A DNA stretch of 64,000 nucleotides. It comes from Lingula anatina (taxonomy: Eukaryota > Animalia > Brachiopoda). The notes under the pieces were generated by a model, which ran no database searches, was not told the origin of the DNA, and was given only the letters and a program-made list of their open reading frames with translations. Shown here piece after piece: positions 1-13,500 of the stretch. The translations under genes were made by a program, and so were the position numbers. Location: assembly GCA_051362555.1 (NCBI GenBank), contig CM120640.1, forward strand, positions 4,154,001-4,218,000, in the 5' to 3' direction. Within the stretch, counting starts at the first letter, position 1. Every line of letters begins with the position of its first letter.

Positions 1-720
1 TATTTTAGTGAGATCATTCCTGTACGTTTGAAGACCATAGGCCTATTGGTTTTCCTTGAAATGTGTTATCAGTGTTGCATGTATGCTGAAAATTGCAAAA
101 TATATATGAAAACTAAAGATATGTTAAAGCAAATGGTTGAGGGAAAAAAAGGGAATAGGTTGGTGCAGACGGTTCTTAGCACTGTTTTTCATTTGCTTCT
201 TCAAGGTACTGCTTGTTCTGAATCAATATTATTACCTTTACTATCCTAAAATCTTTCATTGTATATAAAGGTTCTTTGGTGTTGTTTACATTATTATCAT
301 TGTTATTTTGTAACCTTTCAATGTATTTACTTTTCATGGTGATGCTTATATTAAAACTTGCAGTGTACACATCTTGATGGCGCTTATAGCATTGTTATTG
401 CTATTGTCAAGGTACATAATTTTAAAGGTGTTGTCAATATTTTATTTAGTATAAGTTGGTGGAAGTCATTTCCATGGCACTGCTTACAAAACTCTTACTG
501 CACATAAAGTAATATAATTATATATTTCAATGGCAACTAACAAATATCCCATTTTTCTTGTTTGAAAAAAGGAGGAATGTGTTAGGAACCACAGTATAGA
601 AAATACTGTATCTAGTACTTTTAAAACATCCATACATGATGTAGTATTAATTCAATCAGAGGAAGCCATAGTTTGATAAAATTCACACACAGAAAGCCAA
701 GATGTATAAGTAGCTTTAAA

Positions 721-1172
721 CCCCATTCCCACAGATTTTAGATCGATCTATCCCCATGGGAGTCTCACTAGATTACTGTCAGCTTAGCCAGCTTAAATGT
801 CTGTTCTGCCTACTAAAAGCTGAAAGGGGGTAATTAACTTCCGTGCGTGGTCGGCTGACAGCAATTAAGCGTGAACCCCCAGGGAGTTAGGTCGATCTAG
901 ATGGATCGATCTAAATCTCTGGGAATGCGCTCTTAGACTGGGTTCCTATGCCTAGATCGATCCATCTGGATCGATCTAACTCCCTGGAGAGTCTCACTAA
1001 ATTGCTGTCAACTAACGGGCCTAAATGTCTGTCACGCCTACCTAATAAGTTATAGGGTAAAGATAATTACCCCCTAACAGCTTTACTAGGCATGACAGAC
1101 ATTTAAGCCGGTCAAGTTGACAGTAAATTAGTGAGACTTTAGATAGATTGATCCAAATATCTGTGGGGATGG
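721..1172. mobile_element. Two adjacent copies of a foldback MITE forming a nested palindrome
   Basis: ~721-840 is the reverse complement of ~1060-1172; ~855-912 is the reverse complement of ~953-1012; each half has its own inverted ends rich in GATCGATC. Confidence 0.7.
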
Positions 1173-1411
1173 TCCCTTAGATTATATTTCACACTTAGCA
1201 GTTCAAATTTTACTTTCCTTTGTTTGAAGCCAGTAATTTATTAGAGCTTGATGACATGGAGTTATTAGGAGTGCCCACAAGAAGGGGATAAATTTGTGTC
1301 TAAAGTAACCAATCAGTTTTTAAGTTATGTGATTGACAATTTAATTGATAAAGTTTGGCATAAAAATCTGTGAACTTAAATCTAGAAAGGAGAGAGGAGA
1401 TTGACAGAGAA

Positions 1412-1570
1412 CAGGGGCGCATCCAGAGATATTTTCCAATAGTTTTCCAAATTATCTTTGTTGATTTATCTTCCATTTTCTTCCAACAGGAAAAATTGGA
1501 TACCCATCAATGTAAACTTGAAAATTTGACCGTCTTTCAACACCCAGAAGACGGCCTCAATCCACCCCTG
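1412..1570. mobile_element. MITE with CAGGGGCG../..CACCCCTG ends and 5-bp TSD GAGAA
   Basis: TIR-like ends; GAGAA at 1407-1411 and 1571-1575; diverged inverted copy at 34664-34826. Confidence 0.75.
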
Positions 1571-1584
1571 GAGAAGGGGGAGAG

Positions 1585-2770
1585 CTAGAGACCGTACTTG
1601 TACCATGTAACTCTTAGTGTAGTAAAATAAATTCTGTAGAAGTTACAACATGGAGTCCTTTCATTCTTTTCCGTGTGTAGAGTTTAAGGCTAGAACCTGG
1701 GATTCTCTGTAACAGTATTACATAGGTTTTATATAAAAAGTTATTAAATGTAATGTGGAGGCCCCGGGATAAGTAAAGGGAGGTACCCAACACTAAGCAT
1801 ATGACTTCCTATTCAAGCTGAATAGTAACTATGGGTGTATCTCTGTATCTCTGCTAATTTTGGAGTATTTCACATTTTAAAGGGATAAGAACTCTTCATA
1901 TGAGGTCTATATTTCACAATAAAAACATTGTGAATAACTCATAGAAATATATATTCTGTTTTACCACAAAAATGCAGTTATAGCTATTATTCTGATATCT
2001 GAGCTTGTCTTTAGACCACATGACCTCCATTGATGGCTATACTCTGTTAAAATCTCTTAAGAGATTTTAACAAAAACCAAACTTTTTAGAAAAAAAACAG
2101 GGACTAACTTTAAATGTAAAAATGGATTCATTAACCATTGGTAAGTATGGGAAAATTGTTGTTTACTCCAGGAAAATTCATTTTTTGGCCGAAACGAAGA
2201 GTTATTATCCCTTTAATTTCACCACTGAATATTGCGACATTGTACTTTTTTATGTAGTCCAACTCGTAAAACATACTGAAAACAAAAAACAAACACCACT
2301 TCCAGTATTGCTCTTGGCAAGCTCTACAAAAAGCAAAAAACAAGAGATCTGTAGCATTTACGGTTGCAGAATTAGAGAGAGCTTTCAGTTTTGGCATCTT
2401 ATGGTTGCTTCTCTCATGAAAATTCACTGACTGACCCCAAACTCCTGACGCTGAATGGAGTCCCTAGTTGTAACCCCTCACTATAATTATAGGAGAGATT
2501 AGGTCTGTGCACTTTCTGAAAATTGGCATATATACAAATATTTTTTCCAGAAAATTCCCATTTTTAGACAATTTTGACACGTTTGACCTTGAAATAAAGG
2601 TCAAAGGTCAAATCCCAGGGCATATTTGGAATCTCCACATACGACTTTCAGTCAGACTTCTGTAGAAGCTTTTCCCATAATTCCTTGGGAGATATTAAGC
2701 ATTTAATTTTTTTAAATTCTGACAAGGGTGCATTTCAACGAGTGTCATGCCTAAGCCAATGCACCAACTT
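1585..2770 (-). mobile_element. Degenerate, 5'-truncated HINE/Helitron-like element related to the 54908-57142 element
   Basis: ~2200-2770 aligns by eye with ~56350-56910; satellite-unit remnant at ~1800 (atgacttcctattcaag..tagtaactatgg); probable 3' CTAG plus decayed hairpin at 1585-1605. Confidence 0.6.
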
Positions 2771-2782
2771 TAAAAAGGATAC

Positions 2783-5647
2783 CCATCTGTCCAATGAAAC
2801 CATGGATTAAATACAAAATCCAGTCTGAATTTGCTTGAGTCTTGAAGTCTTTCAGGAGGTAGCTGTTCCACACATACTTGTCCTCTGGTTCATTTCTTAC
2901 TCCATAAACCAAGTCATCTGGAAGGGAAATGAATGGTGATTAATTAATTGATAACTTCAAAACAGAAATACCCATTTTATTTAGTTTGAAGCATCTAAAA
3001 ATGAAGACTTGCAAGAGGCCCATGGCCAGCAATTTCAAAAGGGGGGTTCTTTTTCTGAAATAGTGGGCCTTTTCCCATAAAAACGTCATGTACCTAGATC
3101 AAATTTTACCCAGATTGGACCTTTTCCCAGCAAAAGGGGCAGTTCTTTCTAATCCCCCCCCCCCCCCCCCCCCCAGGCTACGGGCCTGTGTAAGATGTTG
3201 CCTTTGCATCATAAAATTTAGATGTTAATGCACAGTCTATTTTCAAGAGGTAAATATCCTAATGAATAGTACGTCTGGCCAGAAAAGGTCAAAATAATAA
3301 TTCATTTTCCAAGAAACAAAAGTGGCTGATTAAAACCCCAAGCATATGCTTACCTTCCATTTGTGATGAAGCAGTTTTGTTGTTGTTTTCCTCCTTTTTT
3401 CTGGCACCATTCCCGTTTGCGTCACCATCCTCACCAGATGTGCAGTCATCCGAGGTGTCACCTATCTCCAACTCCTGTACATCAGGGACATACGTGTCTG
3501 CATCTTCTACCTCTTCACCTGTAGACTCAGGAACATATTTGCTTGGCTTGAGCACAGAAAACTTCCTCTCCTTCTCCTCAATGTTTTCTTGCATAAAATG
3601 GTTCTCTAGGTTTTTGCTTGGCGTCAGGTTGTACTGAAGGGTGTGTGTAAGATCATAGCTGTAACTGCACAGAAAAGAGAATTCTTTACAATATCTTTAA
3701 GTCATCAGAAGTTTCCATAATAAAAGAGTTCTTTCTGAATATGATAAACATCCTATTCAAGTATTTTAGTAAAATCTATTTAGCACGAGTGTGCATGCGT
3801 GTGCACACGTGCATGTTCACAAGCACATGTGAAGGGGTGGGAGGGGGCTTGTTAAGGAATGTGTTACTTACCTAAAATAAAAGTTACTGGACAAATCATT
3901 AGCTTGGAACATCTTCACATACCTTGAAGAAAATAATAAAAACATAAAATGATATAGATATATTGTGTAGCAATCCAATTAGTACAACATATTTAAAAGA
4001 ATCAACAGCTATATAACTGAAATGAATCAGTGTTTATTATCAAGTAATAATAATAAAATACTTAAACTTACTTTGACTCGTCAGGATGCGAAGGTCTTTC
4101 ATTAGGAATGTAAACCATGCTGGTGTCTTCTATCTTATAAATAGTGTGGTGTCCAATAATTGCAACCTTCCTCCTCTTGGTGATGAGAACCATGTAATAG
4201 CCCTCCAGAAATCTCACAAAGCCTGAAAACAAAAGATGCTGTTTTTTACACAATACAATTCTAAAGAGAGGATGGCCTAAAACATTTTTACAAAGGAAAA
4301 GGTACACTACCCATCCCAATACATCTCTTAAGCATCATGCCCACAGGTGGGGGCCAGTTTCAAATGAACCACCTTTTAAGCTTGAAAGGGTCCAATCTGA
4401 ATCAATGATTCATCTACCTGTAAGTTCAATGCCATTTTCCAATCAAGGAAGAAGAACACAATCTTTGAAATTGCTGGGTACCTGTCCACCTGAACTTGGT
4501 AACAAAGGAAAATGAAGATCTGTTAAATTATTTTTTCAATGAAGAGCTCTAATTACCTACAATTCCAAATGCTGACACAGCGCGGTGCAGACCTGCCACC
4601 ACTCCCTTGCTGCCCTCTTTTGGTCGGTTACCAGAGTCTATCATATGAAGTAAGTTGCGAATTTCTCTGTGGGTGTATTCCAGCTAACAATGTAATAAGA
4701 TGTTTTTAGGAAAAAAAAATTGAATGTCTAAAAAATCATTTCAAAAATTAAAAAAAAAAAATCAGATGGATACCTTATAACAACAAATACAAATTGCCTA
4801 AGTCTAATTGAAAAGGAAATTATTCTTTCTTGAAATAGAATAACGATTCACCATCTCCTTGAAAAAACATCATCTTTTTACTTAATTAGCATTAACAGCA
4901 TGTATAAATAAAACAATGGCAAGTGACATGTATTTAACAACAAAAATGATCATTAAGGACTACTGAATATTTGTATTTATGGACAGCATATGCAAACAAA
5001 ATAAATGTGACTTGTTATAATGTAAGGCAATCACATTAACTCATTACTGTTTCTTTCATTCTATCAAATTATAATATCTGAGAACTCTGATTCTTAGCAC
5101 ACAAGAAAAAAAAAACATCAAAAAATGGAAATACACAGGCTTCACACACTCATTAATTGATATTTATATTACACTGGTGTCAACTGTGTCTGAACTAAGT
5201 AAGATATTGCCTCAAACTATCTGATTACCCCATCATCATGTAAGACCAGGTCCCTGCTCTCCTGGCGGTCTATTTTAAGAACTCTGAACCTGCTTTCAGT
5301 ATTGTTGGAACCAACCACATAATAACGCTGAAAACAAAAAGACATCTGAGTTAGAGGTGAGCACAGTGCAATGCATAGCTCCTTTAACTGGTTATTATAC
5401 AGTACATTCCATAATACTAATGTATATAATATTTGTATTTCATAAAAAACAGTAAAAGAAACAAACCAACTGACAATAAAAAAAACAAAAACTCTTATTC
5501 CAAACGTGTATTAAACAGCAAACACTGACATATTCTAATGCATTTTTATTTAGTCTTTATCTTGCACTTAATATTTTGGTTTTTACTCACAGCTTTAGTT
5601 TCATAGACAACAATTCTCTGCATACAACTTATGCAGAATCTCTCCAT
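2783..5647 (-). CDS. FIG4: Polyphosphoinositide phosphatase FIG4/SAC3, 5' coding exons (gene continues beyond the left edge)
   Basis: Exons 5647-5591 ([19 protein letters not shown]), 5327-5229 ([21 protein letters not shown]..), 4683-4557 (..RAVSAFGIV), 4222-4072 ([40 protein letters not shown]), 3922-3872 ([17 protein letters not shown]), 3664-3354 ([13 protein letters not shown]..), ~2917-2783 (..[22 protein letters not shown]). They splice in frame at GT-AG sites and match the recalled FIG4 N-terminal SAC region. Confidence 0.95.
3015..3188. mobile_element. Small MITE with a poly-C tract
   Basis: Ends gAGGCCCatGGCC / GGCTACGGGCCTG; flanks TGCAA / TGTAA (5-bp TSD, one mismatch). Confidence 0.6.
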
Positions 5648-6812
5648 GCTGCACTGTGGATAGTGCTACAACTTATAATGTTGATGTCATATCTGAAAAC
5701 AAACATCTATATACATGTACAAACATACTTACAGCTCTTGTAAAATACACATCAATCTTATGCATCATAGTCAACAGGAAAGATGGTCTCATATTTTTCT
5801 TGTGTCCCTGTATCTCTGCCATCTATTTGTTTACTTTCTCTGACCTACTTGTTGATATGTGCTTGTGCATATGTACAGCTCTATTGAATGCACAAGCAAT
5901 GCTAGGATCAATCTCCACTATCTGATAGCAAACCACATATATCATAAACTAAAAGAGAACTGTCTGAATTGCTTTGGGGCGTGTGACTAGCATATATATA
6001 CAAATAAATCATAGCCGGAACAATAACATTTGACATTTTTAGTGAGAAAATTATGTCAAGGTTATTGTTGTTACTATTAAAAGATACATTTCTGATAAAT
6101 AATATTTCCCCCAGAATATAACATTATGAGCAAACATACTTCTCTCTTTTTTTTTTAGCTGAGCGACTATAATACATAATGATGTACATTTATGTCCCAT
6201 ATTTTAAGGAAATGTCCTAATTTGACTACATGTATATGCATCACCTTGCAGTATTTCAAGTGCTTTTTCTTTATCTCTACTGCACCACCTTGCTTAATGA
6301 AGCAACTTTACTTGTCATTTTCAGTCTCAGGAGATCGATTTTAGGGTCAATACTTATACAATTTTTTAACCTTTTGTCTCATGCTGGGTACTTAACATGA
6401 TAATTAATCAAAATATTTTCAGTTTAAATTCCTCTGGCAGGCTTTATGTTTAACCCAGTATATATAATAGTAGCATCTGTACTAGTACCCTGTACATTTG
6501 TATTATTGAATATTTTCCACTGTTGACCAAACCTGAACCTAGTCGGCCTTAAGTCCCCAAGATTACCTCATCTTATGTCACCCTGACCCAGTGCAGGAGG
6601 TCACGGCTACATGTAGAACATGCTACATAACTAACAATAACATGTAATGAATGAAAAAATGTCAAAGTGCAAGGATCTAGCAGCTGGGAAGTAGTTGCAT
6701 ATAAATCATGATAAATAAGGTTTGAAGAGGGATGGGGGGGCAAATTACACAAACTGAAATCCTCTGAAATATATTCAAGGTAAAATACAACATATTTGGC
6801 ACCTGTCATTAC

Positions 6813-7035
6813 CTTGGGGATTTTATCAGTGGGGCATCTTCACCTTCTCTCTTACTGCGGAAGTGTGCCGTGAAAACAGTGAGATATAGCGAGATATCAC
6901 GAGATCAGGCATGGCGAACATCGTGAAAGCGCAACTGCTCAAAGATTAATTTTAACTGAGTTCACAGTTATTTGATGGCATAATCATTTACTGCTAAGCG
7001 TTGTTACGAGCTGAATTACATCTGTACTATATCAG
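6813..7035. promoter_or_regulatory. Bidirectional promoter and putative non-coding first exons of FIG4 (-) and VPS13D (+)
   Basis: Locally CpG-rich; ETS motif GCGGAAGTG at 6857-6865; GAGAT at 6881, 6891, 6901; minus-strand donor AAG|GTAATG at 6813/6812; plus-strand donor CAG|GTACAC at 7035/7036; acceptors at 5692 (-) and 7535 (+) just before each ATG. Confidence 0.6.
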
Positions 7036-7540
7036 GTACACATTTGATAGGTTGACCTTGTAATTTGACCTTTTGCAGCGTTTGTTTACAAGTAAAAGTG
7101 TACGCAAAAGTAAAAATATCTGTGCCATGTAATGCAAGAGCACGTTCAAAGTCACGTTCTATTGCGTCATTAGCATCGTTGTTTTGATATTTTGTCAGTG
7201 ATGTTAATGTGTGGTGATTACTGAAGTTCAGAATTTCAGTGTGCCTAATGCATCAGTTTTTAAAGTTTTTTTTTCGTCAGTGCATCATTTTCAGCTTTTT
7301 AAGATGGAGTGAAATTAAAATATTAAAGCTAGGTACGAACACAATCCACTTAAGCCTGAATGTAACAAACATGATTGTTAAGAACTATTTCCAGTATGTG
7401 TTTGTCTCATAATTTCAGTATATAGTTGATTCGATAATCCAGTAAATAACATTGCCATGGGCACAGTACATACATGTGTGATATATCTATAGGTGTAGTA
7501 TGAATTCTGAAATCATGTTATTAATTTGCACTAGGCAGTT

Positions 7541-10500
7541 ATGCTTGAGGGCCTTGCAGCATGGGTTCTGAACACATATGTAGGGGAATATCTGGAGAAT
7601 CTCAACACAGATCAACTTTCCATTGGTTTACTGCAGGGTATGTTGCCATTGATTTTTGATCTTGGTTATCCTATGTGTATTGTATCTGAATTCAAACCTT
7701 CATCTGCCTGTTACATCTACTTGTAGTTTACACCAGATCAAAGTGGTTCACATTGAGGTACAGCCGTATTCATAAAACTGCCAACTGGACAAGTGCTTTG
7801 TTTTACTTGATATATATACCCGTTTTAAAATTCCAGTGTGTGTGGCAGTTGCTTTCCATGAATTACAGTCTTAACAAATAAATAATATGGGCTTTAAAGG
7901 TTTAGGTTATCAAAATTAGATAACATTTATGGGCTTTAAAGGTTTAAGGTTATCAAAAATTAGAGTGATATCACATTATTCATTAACTGATCATTTTTGT
8001 AGGTGCGGTGGAGTTGGAAAATCTTCCATTGAAAAAAGATGCTCTCAAAAGTTTAGACTTGCCAATTGAGGTCAAAGCAGGTAAGGGTGACTTTAATATA
8101 GATATCTCATTGTTTAAATATCTTTTGTTATTGTTGTTGGCAAAGATGATGACTTATGCTGTATAAAATCTTATCTAAAAGCACACATACTTGGGGTATT
8201 TTAATTCTCAAAAAAAGATTTGTCTGTTTTAGTAAAGTGATACTAGAAACTTCTGCTAATTATAATATATAAATGCAGAAAAGTGAATCTTTATTTTATC
8301 ATATTACAGGATTTGTTGGTAAAATCTCCCTGCAGATCCCAGTGAGAAGACTGAAGAGTGAGCCTTGGGTAATCTCTTTAGATAAGGTCTACCTAGTGGC
8401 AGGGCCACTGTCACATAAAAAGGTAATATATACAGTATGAACTAGCCATCATGATATGTCTATGACTTATTGTTTTATAATAAATGAGAAAAGGAAACTT
8501 TTTTATTAAGTTACAAATTTCTATCTCAGTTAGAGGAATATGTATGGAAGTGAGGTATAGTTAGCTTATTAACTAAGTAAAAAGGAGTAAGTTAGATTTT
8601 CACTAAATTAAAGTAGACCAAATTGCACAATCATTCTACTTCAGGAAAGTATCCCATAGTTTCAGGTATAGGTGGTTGTAGACAAATTTTATTAATTAGA
8701 CTGAATTGGATGTGGATTGATTGCTATTATTGATTGTATGTGTATTATATCATTACAGTATGATGAAGAAAAAGAGCAGAAAATTAAAGATGAAAGAAAG
8801 AAAGCACAACTCCTTGAGTTAGAAACCAAGTGGAAGGTATAGTTGAGCCTTAAAGCAATATTAAACAATGTTGAGTAGCATGATTAAATAGTGTATTATT
8901 GCCAGCTAAATGTTTCAGTATTTTGAATCCTTAAGTACAAATTTTGTTTTGCATGGTTTTTTAATGCTAAATTTGTTTAAGTGAGAAATGAAGCAACTCA
9001 ATTTTCCCTGGAATATGTTACAATTAGAATATTGACCTTACATTGGTGAGTAGCTGTATTCATGTTAATTCCCAAGGTGAAATGTAATTTTTTTAATGCT
9101 GCTAGGTAGCAAGACAAGCTCATGTAGAAACCTCTTCATGGCTTTCTCTGGGATATTCTTTGGTCTCCAACATTGTGGAAAACCTACAGGTATACATAAT
9201 GTATATTTGATTATATATATGCTTCCACTCAGTTATTTCATTGACATTACTCTCATAAATAAAAAATGAGCAAAAATTTGACCTGTATTTAACTGCATGT
9301 TAAGCTGTGAACATTTAATGAAATATTCAGTTCAATCTGGCTCAACATGTTTTGCCTCATAAATAATGGATGACTGACTGTGATAATGTTACATTCAACA
9401 CTTTAGAAATATCCACACTATCTGCTCCATAAATTGAGTGAATATTTCATTATTAATGAAGAGTTGTGACTTTATTACATGCCAATTCTGTTTTGTGATG
9501 CTTTAACTTATTTGAAATACCCTGTCCTTGTAGCTGAAAGTCAACAATGTCCACATCCGCTATGAGGACAACCAGACCATCCCTGGATGCTCTTTTGCCT
9601 GTGGGATAAGGATTAAAAGCCTGTCTGCTCAGAGCACAGATGGAAGTTGGGTATGTTTACATGAAACATATATAACAAAAAACATTAAAAAACAAATTTT
9701 GAAACATCTCTTGGCTTTCATAAAAGTATGCAATTTTATAAACATATTTATTTATACTGTACAAAAAGCTACATAGATGTGGTCCAGTTTTTGCCTGACT
9801 TAAAAAAATGCTGGTGTATATTTGCACTACAGTCATTTAATATTTAATTTTTTAAGGTGCCAAAGTTTGTTCACAAGGCAGAGGCTGGGGTGATGCACAA
9901 GCTGTTAGATCTCCAGGATTTCTCTATATATTGGGACACAGATGCAAAATTGTGTGGAGACATGACTAGCATGCAAGAGCTTGCTGTAAGTGTGGTACTA
10001 TAGGCTCATAGTAGCACGTGAAATATTCACCCAATGCTTAAGTTAAGTTGCATTGTGTAAGAGGATGATTTTTTTGCCAATTTAACTGTGATTTGATAAA
10101 AAAAATAAATGATTTGGCTTATAGAAAAATCTTTCTGTAGTAACCATCAATATTTTCTTTTTTTTATTTTTGATTTTATATACTATAATAATGTGTGCTA
10201 TATAGGTTTACATTGTATGGTTTAATTGAAAAACTTTCTTTATGTTTGTATATAAACAAATTAAACTGTTGTGGTTTTTCAGGATGTTTTAATAAGAGAC
10301 ATGGGCCAGTCTGCTTCCACTGGGATTTTCAAAGTGAGTCTGTAATTGTTGCTCTGTGGTGTCCATCTGGTGATAATTAACCATTTACTGAAAATAACAA
10401 AATAATTGTGAAAATAGTGACAGTCTTGCCATATATAAGGGAAGTTGATTTTCTGTAGATAGGCATCATTATATTTTTGGTTAAAAGTAATTAAATGATG

Positions 10501-13500
10501 AGTAGACTTGACAAAAAGTTCCATGACATGTTACATAATTGAAAACCCTTAAAAATTAGTTCATTATTCCCCTACTTTCAGGATCACAATTTCATCCTGG
10601 AGTCAGTGAATGCAGAAGCCAAGATGAAGAGGAACACATCAGAGCTTCCAATTAGGTCCACGTCCACTCCTAGGATCAACCTGGACATCAAACTACAGCA
10701 GCTGCCCATATCCCTGAGTGAGGGCCAGTACAGGGGAATGGTGGCTTGGATGAAGGAGTTTGACAGATATGAAAAACACAGGAAATTCATGAAATGGAGG
10801 CCTTTCTGTACTGTGATAGAAGAGTATGTTGATAAATAGAAATTGATGTTTTTGTATGCCTTTCTACGTACATTATTTTGCCTTGTGCTGTAAAACTGCA
10901 ACAATTACTGAAATGTTTGTAAAAATGTATGAAGAAGGCAGAAGAGTTGTATAGTCTACCTGAATGATTTCATGTGATATGAAATGAATCGCCTGAAATT
11001 TGTAGACTTCTCTTAACTTATACTACAATTTGCCTTTCTGAAAACCATTCTTCTGTATGCTATTTCAGTCCTAAGGCCTGGTGGTTGTATGCCATTAACT
11101 CCAACCTGTTCTCCATACAAGAAAGATGCAAGAGACAGAACAAGGAGTACATCCTACAGAGGGCCAGGGATAATGTTGTTTATGTTGAAGGATACAGGAG
11201 AGAACTCAAAAACGAATATCTGACACCTTCTCAAATAGTATGTGCTTTGTTTACCTGTGTCTGTGCATGTCCTGTTATAATATATGGAAGATCTTTCGCA
11301 ACAGAAGAAAGCAGAAGGGCAGATTACTGCAAAGTATTATATTATTATTTAATTAATTTTTTCTGAAATTCACATCGTTTGAAAAAGAATTAGAATAATC
11401 AAAATTATAGTACTTCGGAATCCACTTTTCTTCAAATTTAGGTTGGTACATAAATACACAAAAATAGAGTGTACCATTAGATGACACAAGAAACACTAAA
11501 AAAATAATAATAAAAGAAATTTACCATTATAGGCTGTGAAAGAAAAGTTACTGAAAGAGTTGAACTTTGAAGAGTTGAAAATTTTGCATGAACTAGCCAT
11601 GGAGTTAGTAACAGCAGAAGAGAAGCTCAAAGAAAGGGAGGAGCAGAAAAAGCAAGAGGTGTGTATTCAGTCCTAAACTAGTAATATAAATTCACATCTT
11701 GTTATAAATAACTTTAATTTACTTTTACATAAAGATGAATGAAATATGCTTTTGTTGGTAGTGTGGATAAAGAGATGACAGTGTTGATATTTATATGTAG
11801 CTCTTAATCATTTCATGCCTCTCTCGCATTCTTTTTGTCTTTTAGAAATCAAAACAAACTGGGAAGGGTGCTCCCCAGGCCCAGCAGCACTACCTGGGGA
11901 TGTTCCAGGGGTGGTGGAGCGGCTGGGGTGGGGCCTCTACAACAGCTGCTAAGTCTACAGGGGAACCACCCCCACAGGATAAAGAAGAGAAGCACCCCCT
12001 TCCTGAGTTAGATGAAGATGAGCCTCCTGCAAAAATAGCTAAACATGAAATAGGTAATTGTGAACATGTTCTGTTTTATCAAAAGCAAAGGTTATTTCAG
12101 AGCATATACACTATACTGTTTCACTTTGCTTTGATCATCAAAAATTGAATTTTATGACAGATTTAAAATACTGTATGCAAATTTTACATCATGTAAATGA
12201 TGTTTAAAGTGTGATCTATATTGCTGTTTGTTTTTCAGAGCAAGAAATAATGGATGTTTTCCATGAGGCTGAAGAAAATACTTCACTGTTGAAGAGGGAT
12301 TTTGTGTTTGCCAGACTGAACTTCTGTCTGCAGAGTGGCTCTTTCCAATTAAAGGGTGAAAATGCTGCATCACTTACTACAGGTGTGTTTCATCAAATAG
12401 TGGTCACTTGTTATGTGATAGATAAATTTGATTTACTGTATTTGCGGTGAAGTAATATATAAGAAAATTTCTTTTGTGCAAATATGGAATGAGTCTCATA
12501 TTCAGAATTTTTTTAATAATGTATATTGAAAATTAAATGCAAGATTTGTTAAATTTTCCCTTTGAAATATTCTTCTTATCATTCCAGACGCCCATGGCTC
12601 AAGTCCCCTCCTTGTTCTGGAGTGTACTAACATCAAGATGGAGTTTGAGAGTAGACCACGGTTCAAGTCTCTGCTGTTTGGCATCAGTGTGGATGGGTTG
12701 GTGCTGAAGGACCTCCTGACACCCAACACTGTCATGCCCATACTAATCTCTCCACAAATGAGGGTAAGGGACACTGGGTTACTATGTGCCTTTTTTAGTC
12801 TGCTTGTCCTTCAGATGCCAGGGTATAAGAATTTTCTGGTCCAAGGCAGAAATAAGGTCCAGTAATTAAAATTTTTACAGTTTCACTGGCCTCAGTTCAA
12901 TTTTACTGATGTGGAAAAAGTGAACAGTGCTGACGGACTTCACTGTGTTTACAGTGGGTAAATGATACCTCTTTATATAATTCATATAAAGAAAACTTGT
13001 ATCTTGAGTTAATCTGAAGCTACTGTATTCTAATTATTTCATTTTAGCAGTAAAGAGATTCACTGTTGTGCAAATTGATTTATCATTATTATTGTACCAC
13101 CAGCGTTAGCGCTGGCGGTACACATGGTTTCGGTCCCGTCCGGATCGTTCCGCCGGACGGCTACCGTTACCGCTTCTCCTCCTAGACGGTAAGGGCCCCC
13201 GTACCCATCTCATGGATTTAGGTCACCTATAATCTCAACTCGTTCCACGTAAAATTTGGGCTTTGTCGGTATTGGGGTCTGGGTGTGGCACTCATTACAA
13301 TGCACCCTTGTCTAAAAATGGCAAAATTAAATGCTAATTATCTACCCTACGGAAGGAGTTATGGGAAAAATTTCTATAGACGGCTTTCCAAAAGTCATAT
13401 GTGTAGATTTCAAATATACCCTTGGATTTGACCTTTGACCTTTACTTCAAGGTCAAATGGGTCAAAATTTTCAAAAAAATGAAATTTTTTACGAAAAAAA

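Noticed and set aside
7886-7965. ~42-bp direct duplication in a VPS13D intron
   Set aside because: Simple local duplication with no structural or splice consequence.
12817-12960. Possible decayed MITE starting cagggtataag
   Set aside because: No matching terminal repeat or TSD could be found.
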